A stretch of 64,000 bases of DNA from an uncultured Verrucomicrobiae bacterium (GTDB lineage: Bacteria; Verrucomicrobiota; Verrucomicrobiia; Chthoniobacterales; UBA10450). The notes beneath the pieces were generated by a model, which was not told the DNA's origin, ran no database searches, and was given only the letters and a program-made list of their open reading frames with translations. Location of the stretch: the NCBI GenBank assembly GCA_963815455.1, contig CAWFGO010000001.1, positions 128,001 through 192,000 of the forward strand. The letters run 5' to 3'. Each line of letters begins with the position of its first letter. Positions within the stretch are counted from its first letter, which is position 1. Shown in pieces: positions 1 to 8,838 of this stretch. A program made the position numbers and the translations under genes.

Positions 1-1
1 G

Positions 2-1681
2 GAAAATTTATGCGCGGCCACGGGAATTCAACGCCAACTCGATCCCGCAAGCGCGGGACACACTCCGATTACGGTGAGCCCGAATGGAAATTACAGCATC
101 GAGTTTGTGGAATGTCTCGCCAGTTGCGGCACCGCGCCCGTTTGCATGGTGAACGACGATTTGCACGAGAACGTTCAACCGGAGATTGCCGGGAATATCT
201 TAGGCGGGCTGCCAGCGCTGCGTTATGTCAACCAGCCGCATCCTTTGGAGCATCGCCTCGTCTTCAAAAACGTCGGGCGCGGCGATTGGACGACCGACAT
301 CGATTGCTATTTGCGCGACGGCGGTTACGCGGATTTGCGCAAAGCGGTAACGATGTCGCGCGAACAAATCGTCAGCGAAGTCAAGACCTCGGGCTTGCGC
401 GGCCGCGGAGGCGCCGGATTTTCCTGCGGACTCAAATGGAGCTTTATCAAGCCGGATGAAAAACGTCCGGTCTATCTGATCTGCAATGCGGACGAATCCG
501 AACCCGGCACGTTCAAGGACCGCTACATCATCCACGAAGACCCGCACCAGCTGCTCGAGGGCATCCTGATCTCCTGTTTCGCCCTGAACGCCCGGACGGC
601 GTACATATATATAAGAGGTGAATTCCCCGAGGGGGCCCGAATCCTAGAAAACGCCATCGAGGAGGCCCGGGCCCATAATTTCCTGGGCAAGGACGTTCTC
701 GGCACAGGGTTCGACGTTGAGGTTTACATTCACCGCGGCGCGGGCGCTTACATCTGCGGGGAAGAAACCGGGCTGATCGAATCCCTGGAAGGGAAACGCG
801 GCTATCCCCGGATTAAACCGCCTTACTTCCCCGCCGTGCTCGGTCTTTACATGTGCCCGACCATCGTCAACAACGTCGAAACGCTTTGCCATGTGAAACA
901 CATCATCGCCATGGGTGGCGCAAAGTATTCGGGTTTGGGGCGTCCCAATAATACCGGCACCCGCATCGTGTGCGTCAGCGGCGACGTGCAACGACCCGGT
1001 TATTTCGAGATCGAGGTCGGCGCGGTGACGATGGGCCAATTGATTTACGAAATGGCCGGCGGAATCAGGAACCGACGCACGCTGAAAGCTGTCATCCCCG
1101 GCGGCACCTCTGCAAAAGTGCTGCGGGCCGACGAGCGTTTCAAACTAAAACAAAAACAGCCCGATGGATCGACAATCGAACGCGAAATGTCGATCGACGA
1201 GCTCCCGATGGATTTCGATTCACTCGCCGCGGCGGGCTCCATGGCCGGCTCGGGCGGCGTGATCGTTCTGGACGATTCCCGCGACATGGTCTGGGCCCTC
1301 AACAACATCAACGAATTTTACGCTCACGAATCGTGCGGCCAATGTACCCCCTGCCGGGAAGGCTCGCTCTGGATGAAAAAAATCACCGAACGGATGTTGC
1401 TCGGCGGCGGCGTGGTCCAGGATCCAAAAACGCTCAAGACGATCGGCGACAACATTGCCGGCCGCACCATTTGCGCTTTCGGCGAAGCCTGCGCCTGGCC
1501 GACTCAAAGTTTCGTCCAGAAATTTCCCGACGAATTCGCCGCTCGCGCCCAGAAGCCCCTTCCGCCGCCGCTCCCGCCCGAGATCACGCCTGAAGAATTA
1601 ATCGAAGAAGAAGAAATCCCAACCACTCCCCTCGCCCACGACCCCGGCTGGGAAAAAGCCGGCACTGCCGGAACAATCTGA
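2..1681 (+). CDS. nuoF: NADH-quinone oxidoreductase NuoE(C-terminal part)-NuoF, apparently one fused ORF, 5'-truncated by the window
   Basis: Frame is open from base 2. NuoE [2Fe-2S] motif ECLASCGTAP is followed in frame by NuoF motifs GLRGRGGAGF, NADESEPGTFKDR, GAGAYICGEETGL and ESCGQCTPCREG. Confidence 0.93.
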   Translation, partial: ENLCAATGIQRQLDPASAGHTPITVSPNGNYSIEFVECLASCGTAPVCMVNDDLHENVQPEIAGNILGGLPALRYVNQPHPLEHRLVFKNVGRGDWTTDIDCYLRDGGYADLRKAVTMSREQIVSEVKTSGLRGRGGAGFSCGLKWSFIKPDEKRPVYLICNADESEPGTFKDRYIIHEDPHQLLEGILISCFALNARTAYIYIRGEFPEGARILENAIEEARAHNFLGKDVLGTGFDVEVYIHRGAGAYICGEETGLIESLEGKRGYPRIKPPYFPAVLGLYMCPTIVNNVETLCHVKHIIAMGGAKYSGLGRPNNTGTRIVCVSGDVQRPGYFEIEVGAVTMGQLIYEMAGGIRNRRTLKAVIPGGTSAKVLRADERFKLKQKQPDGSTIEREMSIDELPMDFDSLAAAGSMAGSGGVIVLDDSRDMVWALNNINEFYAHESCGQCTPCREGSLWMKKITERMLLGGGVVQDPKTLKTIGDNIAGRTICAFGEACAWPTQSFVQKFPDEFAARAQKPLPPPLPPEITPEELIEEEEIPTTPLAHDPGWEKAGTAGTI

Positions 1682-1691
1682 AGATGAAACT

Positions 1692-1765
1692 TCATGCTCG
1701 TGCTCATACTCCTGCTCATGATCGATCCTTTTCGATTACGAGTATGAGCACGAGCATGAGCAGGA
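1692..1765. repeat. Hexamer-based inverted repeat, (CTCRTG-like)n ... (YAYGAG-like)n, between nuoF and nuoG
   Basis: tcatgctcgtgctcatactcctgctcatg is paired with cgagtatgagcacgagcatgagcagga. Confidence 0.8.
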
Positions 1766-1772
1766 CCAGATA

Positions 1773-3497
1773 ATGGCCGATCTCACGACAGCTCAGCCGA
1801 TGTTCAACGTCCAGATCGATGGCGTGTGGCATCAGTTCCCAAAAGGGACCCGCGTGATCGAGGCCTGCGCCCAGGCCGGCGTGTTCGTGCCGCGATATTG
1901 TTATCACAAGAAGCTCAGTTCGCCGGGCAATTGCCGGATGTGTTTGATCGAGATGGGAATGCCGAAGATGGGACCCGATCGCAAACCGGAGCTCGGTCCG
2001 GATGGCCGGCCGGTGATCAACTGGATGCCACGGCCGCAAATTTCCTGTGCCCAGGAAGTCTCGGACGGCATGGGTGTGCGCACCGATTCGCCGCTGGTGA
2101 AAGAATGTCAGCGCGGCGTCATGGAATTTCTGCTCATCAATCATCCGCTCGATTGTCCGATTTGCGATCAGGCCGGTGAATGTCGATTACAGGAATTCAG
2201 CGTGGAGTTCGGAAACGCTGAATCGCGTTTTCTGGAAAACAAGGTGAAGAAGCCAAAGAATGTCGTGCTCGGCCCGCGCGTCACGCTCGATGACGAGCGC
2301 TGCATTCTCTGCTCGCGCTGCATTCGGTTCTGCAACGAGATTGCGCATGACGACGTCCTCGGCTTCGTCGATCGCGGCAGTCACACCGTCCTCACCGCGC
2401 ATCCCGGCAAACGCCTGGAAAATAATTATTCGCTTAACACCGTGGACATTTGTCCGGTCGGCGCGCTGACTTCGAGCGATTTCCGTTTCAAGATGCGGGT
2501 CTGGTTCTTAAAGGAAACAAAAAGTTTCTGCACGAGTTGCGCGACAGGTTGCAACACGCTCATCGGAACCCGCGAAGACGTGATCTATCGCCAAACTCCG
2601 CGCGAGAATGACGCGGTGAACTCCGCCTGGATGTGCGATTATGGCCGGCTCAAGTTTGATTATCTCCAATCGGAGAAACGATTATTGGAGCCGCGTGTCC
2701 GCCTCGGGGACAAATTGCAACCGACGGACTGGAGCAACGCGACGACGCAGGCTGCCATGCTCTTGAAACAATTTTCCGGCTGGGAAATTGCCATCGTCGC
2801 GTCCGGCCGGATGACCAATGAAGAGCTTTGGCTCACCGCGCAACTGGCCCGCACCCTCAACGTTCAGTTGATCGACATCGTCCCGCGCAGTGGACCCGGC
2901 GACGATATTTTACTGAGCACTGATCGTAATCCGAATACGAACGGAGCGCGTTTGCTCGGACTCACTTCAAAACCGGGCGCGAATTTGTCCGCCATTGCCG
3001 AAGCGGTGAATTCGGGACGGGTGCGAGCGTTGGTCACGCTTGGCGAAAATCCGATCGCATTCGGAACCGCGCCTGAATCTCTTGCGAATCTTGCGGCGCT
3101 TGTGGTGATGGATATTTTGTCGAACGCGGCAACCGATTGCGCAACGGTTGTGCTGCCTGCATCGGGCTTTGCCGAAAAACGCGGTTCGATGGTCAATGGC
3201 GAGGGACGGCTGCAACGTCTGAACCGCGCCGTGCGCGCGCCGGGTCAGGCCCGCGATGATTGGGAAATCCTGCGCGACCTGCTTCAAGCCGTCGGCGGCA
3301 GCAACGGACTCTATTCGATCGAAGATGTTTTCCGGCAAATGAGCCAATGGGTTCCGCAATTTGCGGGATTGAGTCTCAGCTGGATCGGCGACCTCGGCAC
3401 GCATGTGATGGATGCGCACGATCCCCCGCCGCCGCCGGTCGATCTTGAGGCGCAAGATATTGAAGAAGCAGATTTGAAAAAACCGCCGGGCCGGTAG
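1773..3497 (+). CDS. nuoG: NADH-quinone oxidoreductase subunit G
   Basis: CYHKKLSSPGNCRMC, NHPLDCPICDQAGEC, CILCSRC and CTSCATGC Fe-S motifs; operon position. Confidence 0.95.
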   Translation: MADLTTAQPMFNVQIDGVWHQFPKGTRVIEACAQAGVFVPRYCYHKKLSSPGNCRMCLIEMGMPKMGPDRKPELGPDGRPVINWMPRPQISCAQEVSDGMGVRTDSPLVKECQRGVMEFLLINHPLDCPICDQAGECRLQEFSVEFGNAESRFLENKVKKPKNVVLGPRVTLDDERCILCSRCIRFCNEIAHDDVLGFVDRGSHTVLTAHPGKRLENNYSLNTVDICPVGALTSSDFRFKMRVWFLKETKSFCTSCATGCNTLIGTREDVIYRQTPRENDAVNSAWMCDYGRLKFDYLQSEKRLLEPRVRLGDKLQPTDWSNATTQAAMLLKQFSGWEIAIVASGRMTNEELWLTAQLARTLNVQLIDIVPRSGPGDDILLSTDRNPNTNGARLLGLTSKPGANLSAIAEAVNSGRVRALVTLGENPIAFGTAPESLANLAALVVMDILSNAATDCATVVLPASGFAEKRGSMVNGEGRLQRLNRAVRAPGQARDDWEILRDLLQAVGGSNGLYSIEDVFRQMSQWVPQFAGLSLSWIGDLGTHVMDAHDPPPPPVDLEAQDIEEADLKKPPGR

Positions 3498-3512
3498 CGC
3501 TCGAAGATCGAC

Positions 3513-4574
3513 ATGGATTTTTTCTTCATCATCACGTCACTGCTGAAAATTCTCGGGATCCTTTTTGTCATAATTCTGCCGATGGTTTCTTACAGCGTGT
3601 ATGCCGAACGCCGCGTCAGCGCGCTAATTCAAGACCGGGTCGGACCGAACCGAGTCGGGCCATCGGGATTGCTTCAGCCAATCGCGGACATGTTCAAATT
3701 GCTGCTCAAAGAGGATTTCACACCGCGGCATGTGAACACGTTTTATTACTGGCTCGCGCCGGCGCTGGCGATGATGCCGGCCATTATTACCATCGCGGTT
3801 GTGCCGTTTGGCAGCACGCTTTTCGGCGTCCCGATGGTGATTGCCGACGTCAATGTTGGCGTTCTTTTCATCTTCGCCATCGCGTCGCTCGGCGTTTACG
3901 GGATCGTCATTGCCGGTTGGGCATCGAATTCAAAGTATCCGTTTCTCGGTGGAATCCGTTCCAGTTCGCAAATGCTTTCCTACGAGCTCTCCCTCGGGCT
4001 CGCCGTTATTCCGATCTTCATGCTCGTTGGAAATCTCCGGCTGACCAGTGTCGTTCAGTATCAGATCGACAACGGCTGGTTCATCGTCCCGTTCGTCGGT
4101 GACTGGATGAACCCATGGAAATGGCTCCTCGCCGTTCCGATGATAGTTTCGTTCGTAGTTTTCACGATCGCCATTTTCGCCGAAACAAATCGGTTGCCGT
4201 TCGATCTGCCCGAAGCCGAACAGGAGCTCGCCGGCGGTTATCACACCGAATACAGCTCGATGAAGTTCGCCCTCTTTTTTCTCGGTGAATACGCAGCCAT
4301 GATCACCGGCTCGGCGATTATCGTGACCTTATTTTTCGGTGGCTGGCATTTTCCCGGAATCCCGAATGGATCGCATGGATGGATTTTCGGTCTCATCAAC
4401 ATCGCGGTGTTTTTCACCAAAGTCGCCCTGCTGCTCTTTTTCTTTATCTGGGTTCGCTGGACCCTGCCCCGGTTTCGTTACGATCAATTGATGCGACTCG
4501 GCTGGCTCTTCTTTTTCGAAATCGCGCTGGTAAACATTTTTATTGTCGCGGGAATCCTGGCATTTGCCCACTAA
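3513..4574 (+). CDS. nuoH: NADH-quinone oxidoreductase subunit H
   Basis: ERRVSALIQDRVGPNRVG and AETNRLPFDLPEAEQEL motifs. Confidence 0.97.
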   Translation: MDFFFIITSLLKILGILFVIILPMVSYSVYAERRVSALIQDRVGPNRVGPSGLLQPIADMFKLLLKEDFTPRHVNTFYYWLAPALAMMPAIITIAVVPFGSTLFGVPMVIADVNVGVLFIFAIASLGVYGIVIAGWASNSKYPFLGGIRSSSQMLSYELSLGLAVIPIFMLVGNLRLTSVVQYQIDNGWFIVPFVGDWMNPWKWLLAVPMIVSFVVFTIAIFAETNRLPFDLPEAEQELAGGYHTEYSSMKFALFFLGEYAAMITGSAIIVTLFFGGWHFPGIPNGSHGWIFGLINIAVFFTKVALLLFFFIWVRWTLPRFRYDQLMRLGWLFFFEIALVNIFIVAGILAFAH

Positions 4575-4649
4575 ACACACGAAATATCACGAAACCGTTT
4601 AGAACTAACTTGATCACATTTTTTGTGTCCTTTCGTATGTTTCGTGGGC
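4566..4649. repeat. Family A inverted-repeat element (GCCCAC-GAAACACACGAAAT ... TTTCGTGTGTTTCGTGGGC); supplies the nuoH stop codon
   Basis: Same ends as elements at 5922-6021, 6355-6831, 8705-8813 and 14181-14261. Confidence 0.85.
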
Positions 4650-4660
4650 AATTCTGATTC

Positions 4661-5191
4661 ATGACCGTTACCGTTACACGACCCAATCTAAACTGGCGCG
4701 AGCGATTATATCTGCCCGCAATCGTGGCCGGGCTCGCCATTACCTTTAAGCATTTCAAGAACATGTTGCTCGGCCGGACCAAGGTCACGATGCAATATCC
4801 CGAGCAAAAATGGGACGCGAACATGCCCGATTATTATCGCGGCGCGCCTGCGCTGGTCCGCGACACCGACGGTCGCGTCCGATGTGTGGCCTGCCAGCTT
4901 TGCGAATTCATTTGTCCGCCGCGCGCGATCACCATCGTTCCGGACGAGATTTCTTCGACCGACCGGTTCGCCAAGGTCGAGAAATACCCGATCGAGTTCG
5001 ACATCGACATGATCCGCTGCATTTACTGCGGGATGTGCGAAGAAGTTTGTCCCGAGCAGGCGATCTTTCTGCGCAAAGATTACGCCATCACCGGGTTTAC
5101 CCGCGAAGAAATGGTGCATCACAAAGACAAGCTAATCGAAATCGGCGGCGTCATGCACGGGGTCGTTTTGAAATGGAACGCAAAGAAGTAA
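4661..5191 (+). CDS. nuoI: NADH-quinone oxidoreductase subunit I
   Basis: Two CxxCxxCxxxCP [4Fe-4S] motifs; TMQYPEQ. Confidence 0.97.
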   Translation: MTVTVTRPNLNWRERLYLPAIVAGLAITFKHFKNMLLGRTKVTMQYPEQKWDANMPDYYRGAPALVRDTDGRVRCVACQLCEFICPPRAITIVPDEISSTDRFAKVEKYPIEFDIDMIRCIYCGMCEEVCPEQAIFLRKDYAITGFTREEMVHHKDKLIEIGGVMHGVVLKWNAKK

Positions 5192-5194
5192 GAC

Positions 5195-5314
5195 TTGTCA
5201 TCCCGAACCGCGAAGACGGTGAGGGATCTCGCTATTACCTGAAATTGTCGAGCCAAGGCAAGTCGACGACTTGGGCTCCGGCTGTGAGATCCTTCACTTC
5301 GTTCAGGATGACAA
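5195..5314. repeat. Family B palindromic element (TGTCATCCYGA ... GAGATCCTTC..TTCG.TCAGGATGACA)
   Basis: Related copies near 12962-13025, 23852-24036, 26450-26481, 36576-36656, 42826-42995, 45693-45817, 53925-53966 and 54656-54728. Confidence 0.85.
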
Positions 5315-5320
5315 AGCGGC

Positions 5321-5356
5321 GGCGGCGTAATGCACGGCGTCGTCCTAGAATGGAAT
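5321..5356 (+). repeat. Second, diverged copy of the nuoI 3' end (GGVMHGVVLEWN vs GGVMHGVVLKWN at 5144-5179)
   Basis: Direct codon-by-codon comparison. Confidence 0.85.
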
Positions 5357-5373
5357 ACGACAAATGAGTTCGG

Positions 5374-5406
5374 AAATCCGAAATTCGAAATCCGAAATCC
5401 GAAATT
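5374..5406 (+). repeat. Heptamer tandem repeat (AAATCCG/AAATTCG)x4
   Basis: aaatccg aaattcg aaatccg aaatccg aaatt. Confidence 0.85.
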
Positions 5407-5413
5407 AAAGAGA

Positions 5414-5917
5414 ATGTCGCCTTTTTTATTTTGGACTTTCGCAATGCTGATGCTGGTCTTCGGCGCGGCCGTTGTCATCAATCGCAATCCGGTGGCGAGC
5501 GCGCTGAGTCTGGTCGTTTCGTTTCTCGGGCTGGCCGCCCTCTTTATGTCGCTCAATGCCTATTTCATCGGCATCATTCAAGTGCTCGTTTACGCCGGCG
5601 CGGTGATGGTCCTGTTCCTTTTCATCATCATGCTTCTCCATCTTCGCATCGAGGAACGGCGCCGGATCAACTGGACGGCGTCAGCGGGCGGAATTGTCGT
5701 CGCGCTTGTTTTGCTTGTTCAAATCTTTTTCGTGATTGGAAATTTCGAGCCCGCTCGGCAAGCGATTCCGCCACTCACAGCATCGACAATTGATGATGTC
5801 CACAACATCGGCGCTCTGCTTTTCAGCAATTACAATCTTCCTCTGCAAATCATCGGGGTTCTCATTCTCGTGGCGACCATCGGCGTCGTTCTCCTGAGCA
5901 AACGCGAACCAAGATAG
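5414..5917 (+). CDS. nuoJ: NADH-quinone oxidoreductase subunit J
   Basis: NPVASALSL and IQVLVYAGAVMVLFLFIIMLL motifs; start placed at MSPFLFW. Confidence 0.95.
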   Translation: MSPFLFWTFAMLMLVFGAAVVINRNPVASALSLVVSFLGLAALFMSLNAYFIGIIQVLVYAGAVMVLFLFIIMLLHLRIEERRRINWTASAGGIVVALVLLVQIFFVIGNFEPARQAIPPLTASTIDDVHNIGALLFSNYNLPLQIIGVLILVATIGVVLLSKREPR

Positions 5918-5921
5918 TTTA

Positions 5922-6021
5922 GCCCACGAAAATACGCGAAATGACACGAAAACAGAAAATGTCAGGAAATTGCCGATGTTTATCTCTGACATTTTCGCGT
6001 TCTTTCGAGTGTTTAGTGGGC
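5922..6021. repeat. Family A inverted-repeat element (empty)
   Basis: gcccacgaaaatacgcgaaatgacacgaaa ... tttcgcgttctttcgagtgtttagtgggc. Confidence 0.85.
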
Positions 6022-6034
6022 ACAAAACAATAAC

Positions 6035-6355
6035 ATGATCACGCTGGGCGATTATCTCATGGTCAGCGGCGCGCTGTTCGCCATCGGATTCGCCGGCGTG
6101 ATGCTGCGACGCAATCTCATCATTATTCTGATGTCGTTGGAGTTGATGTTGAACGCATCAAATCTATCTCTGGTAGCTTTCTCGCGATTCCGGATCGATC
6201 CCGCCGGCTTGCCGAATTACAGCGCTCAGGTCTTTGTCTTTTTTATCATCACCGTTGCCGCGGCCGAAGTTGCTGTCGGGCTGGCCATCATCGTCGCTCT
6301 CTATCGCGCCCGCCAAACGACGCATGTGGAAGATCTCAGGAGTTTGAAATTTTAG
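6035..6355 (+). CDS. nuoK: NADH-quinone oxidoreductase subunit K
   Basis: [17 protein letters not shown] and [11 protein letters not shown] motifs. Confidence 0.97.
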   Translation: MITLGDYLMVSGALFAIGFAGVMLRRNLIIILMSLELMLNASNLSLVAFSRFRIDPAGLPNYSAQVFVFFIITVAAAEVAVGLAIIVALYRARQTTHVEDLRSLKF

Positions 6356-6831
6356 CCCACGAAACACACGAAATGACACGAATGGAAGAAAAGGGAGAAC
6401 TCGTTTACAAAGATGAAAGCTACGCCAGCATCGGCGCGTGTTTCGTCGTCTACAAAGAGAAAGGGCTGCGGATTTCTCGAGCCGGTTTATCACGAGTGCC
6501 TGGAAATCGAGTTCGAATCCCAAAGGATCCCGTTTCGGTCAAAACCACCCCAAACGCTTCAATATCACGGGCGGACCCTTATCCAGACATTTCATCCCGA
6601 TTTCATTTGCTATGATAAGATCATCCTCGAAATCAAAGCTGTCTCCGTACTATGCGATGAGCATCGCGCTCAGGTGCTTAACTATCTCAGCGCGACGGGA
6701 TGCAAATTGGGGCTGCTCGTCAATTTTGGTCATTGGCCAAGAATCGAATACGAACGCCTCCTTCCTAGAAAACATGAACCCGCCGATTTCCGTCTCTGAA
6801 AATTTCGTGTCCTTTCGTGTGTTTAGTGGGC
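6355..6831 (+). mobile_element. Family A element carrying a GxxExxY gene
   Basis: Family A inverted ends enclose the GxxExxY ORF; a second copy of the nuoK 3' end follows. Confidence 0.7.
6382..6799 (+). CDS. GxxExxY family protein (PD-(D/E)XK nuclease-like), one frameshift near 6460
   Basis: MEEKGELVYKDESYASIGACFVVYKEK joins GCGFLEPVYHECLEIE ... PDFICYDKIILEIKAV ... AQVLNYL ... GLLVNFG. Confidence 0.88.
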
Positions 6832-6836
6832 AAAAA

Positions 6837-6902
6837 ATGACTCTTCTTTGCCGTGCCCGACAAACAACCCACGTGGAAGATCTGCGTAGCCTGAAATTTT
6901 AG
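6837..6902 (+). repeat. Mini-ORF (21 aa) containing a synonymously recoded duplicate of the nuoK 3' end; abuts the nuoL ATG
   Basis: 6852-6902 encodes [16 protein letters not shown], identical in peptide to 6305-6355. Confidence 0.9.
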
Positions 6903-8705
6903 ATGGAAGCCGAGAACCTTGTTCCCTGGATCGTGTTGCTCGCGCCGCTGGCCTCGGCGGTCGTGATCACGCTCTTCGCCCGTCGGTCACAAGGGTTGAG
7001 CAGTTTTCTTTCCGTCACTGCTGTGCTCGGGAGTTTTGCCGGGAGCTGCTGGATTTTTCAGCGCACCGGCGATTTCACAGTTGAAATCAATTGGATCGAC
7101 ATCAGCGGCGGGCTCAAGGCGCCGCTCGGGCTCACTCTCGATTATTTGTCCAAGACAATGCTGGTTCTCGTTTCTGGTGTGGGAGCGATTATCCACATTT
7201 ATTCGCTTGGTTACATGCGCGGCGAAGAGGGCAAATCGCGTTATTTCGCCGGTCTGTCGCTCTTCATGTTCGCCATGCTCGGGATCGTTCTGGCCAACAA
7301 CTTCGTGATGTTATTTATTTTTTGGGAGCTGGTGGGATTCACCTCCTACGTGCTCATCGGTCACTGGTTCGATCGTCCGGCGGCGGCAGACGCGGCCAAG
7401 AAGGCGTTCATCACCAATCGTCTCGGCGATTTCGGATTTATGCTTGGCATCCTGATGATTTGGGTGCCGACCGGCTCGGTCGTTTTTCCCGACATCAACG
7501 AGCGATTGTCGATCCTGACGAACAATCCCGCGTATCTGACGGTAGCCGCGCTTCTGATCTTCTGCGGCGCAGTCGGAAAATCCGCGCAATTTCCGCTGCA
7601 CGTCTGGTTGCCAGACGCGATGGAAGGTCCCACGCCGGTCTCAGCGTTGATCCACGCGGCGACGATGGTTGCCGCAGGCGTTTACATGCTGGCCCGCGTC
7701 GCGTTCATCATTCAAGCGTCGGAAACAGCGCTCATGGTCATTGCCTGGATCGGGACGATCACGGCGCTCATGGCCGCGCTGATTGCCACCCAACAGGACG
7801 ACATCAAGCGAGTCCTGGCTTATTCCACGCTTTCGCAGCTCGGTTACATGGTGATGGCCATCGGTCTGGCCTCGAGCGAAGCAGCGATGTTTCACTTGTT
7901 CACCCACGCGTTTTTCAAAGCGCTCCTGTTCCTCGGCGCCGGCTCGGTCATCATCGCGCTGCATCACGAACAGGACATTTGGGAAATGGGCGGCCTCTGG
8001 CGCAATCTCAAGATTACGTTTGTCACATTTCTCATCGGCGCGTTGGCCCTCATGGGTTTGCCGCCGTTCAGCGGTTTTGTCAGCAAGGATGCGATCCTTG
8101 CTCTGGCCTACGAGCATAACAAATCGATCTTCGTGCTCGCCCTGGGCACCGCGTTCTTGACCGCGTTTTATGTCACTCGTTTGCTCATGGTTGTTTTTCT
8201 TGGGCACCCGCGCGGACACGCGGCCCGGGTCAGCAAAGAATCGACGTTTGTCATGACGGGGCCGCTCGTCGTTCTCGCGCTCCTCGTGATTGCGAGCAGT
8301 TTCGCTGCGTTCAACAATCATTTCCTTGTTCTTCCAAGCCAGGGCGCATTTTTAGAGACCGTTCCTTTGTTCGCCACCGGCGCGCTCGTCTTCGGCGTCG
8401 GGCTCGCCTTTCTGTTTTATCGCGGACGCGCCACCGAAGCTGTCTACGTCGATCTTCTCCGCCGCCGTTTTTACATCGACGATTTTTATCAATGGCTCAT
8501 CAACTGGACCCAGGAACTGCTCGCCCGCGTCGCTGCGTTCTTCGATCGCTGGATAATCGACGCCGGCGCGGTCCGCGGAGTGAGCGGCGGCACCTGGGGA
8601 GTCGGCGCGCTGTTGCGATTGGTTCAAGTAGGTAATTTGCAGGCTTACGCGTTTCTCTTCGGCCTGGGCATCGTCGCGCTCATTTATTTTGCCGTTTTCC
8701 GATAG
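6903..8705 (+). CDS. nuoL: NADH-quinone oxidoreductase subunit L
   Basis: GKSAQFPLHVWLPDAMEGPTPVSALIHAATMV; HLFTHAFFKALLFL. Confidence 0.97.
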   Translation: MEAENLVPWIVLLAPLASAVVITLFARRSQGLSSFLSVTAVLGSFAGSCWIFQRTGDFTVEINWIDISGGLKAPLGLTLDYLSKTMLVLVSGVGAIIHIYSLGYMRGEEGKSRYFAGLSLFMFAMLGIVLANNFVMLFIFWELVGFTSYVLIGHWFDRPAAADAAKKAFITNRLGDFGFMLGILMIWVPTGSVVFPDINERLSILTNNPAYLTVAALLIFCGAVGKSAQFPLHVWLPDAMEGPTPVSALIHAATMVAAGVYMLARVAFIIQASETALMVIAWIGTITALMAALIATQQDDIKRVLAYSTLSQLGYMVMAIGLASSEAAMFHLFTHAFFKALLFLGAGSVIIALHHEQDIWEMGGLWRNLKITFVTFLIGALALMGLPPFSGFVSKDAILALAYEHNKSIFVLALGTAFLTAFYVTRLLMVVFLGHPRGHAARVSKESTFVMTGPLVVLALLVIASSFAAFNNHFLVLPSQGAFLETVPLFATGALVFGVGLAFLFYRGRATEAVYVDLLRRRFYIDDFYQWLINWTQELLARVAAFFDRWIIDAGAVRGVSGGTWGVGALLRLVQVGNLQAYAFLFGLGIVALIYFAVFR

Positions 8706-8813
8706 CCCACGAAACACACGAAATGACACGAAAAGGAGAAACAGATCTGATTTACGGCGACTCGCTGATTCCTATTTCTGAAAATTCCGTGTCTTTTCGT
8801 GGGTTTCGTGGGC
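8705..8813. repeat. Family A element, internally deleted GxxExxY-element derivative
   Basis: Family A ends. The interior reads GETDLIYGD (cf. GELVYKD) and tctgaaaattccgtgtc (cf. tctgaaaatttcgtgtc near 6795-6811). Confidence 0.75.
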
Positions 8814-8838
8814 AAGCAAATCCCCTCCTCTTTCTCTG

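Noticed and set aside
4566..8813. CRISPR array from the recurring CACGAAA repeats
   Set aside because: The repeats are inverted pairs at gene junctions, not regularly spaced direct repeats with unique spacers, and no cas genes are present.
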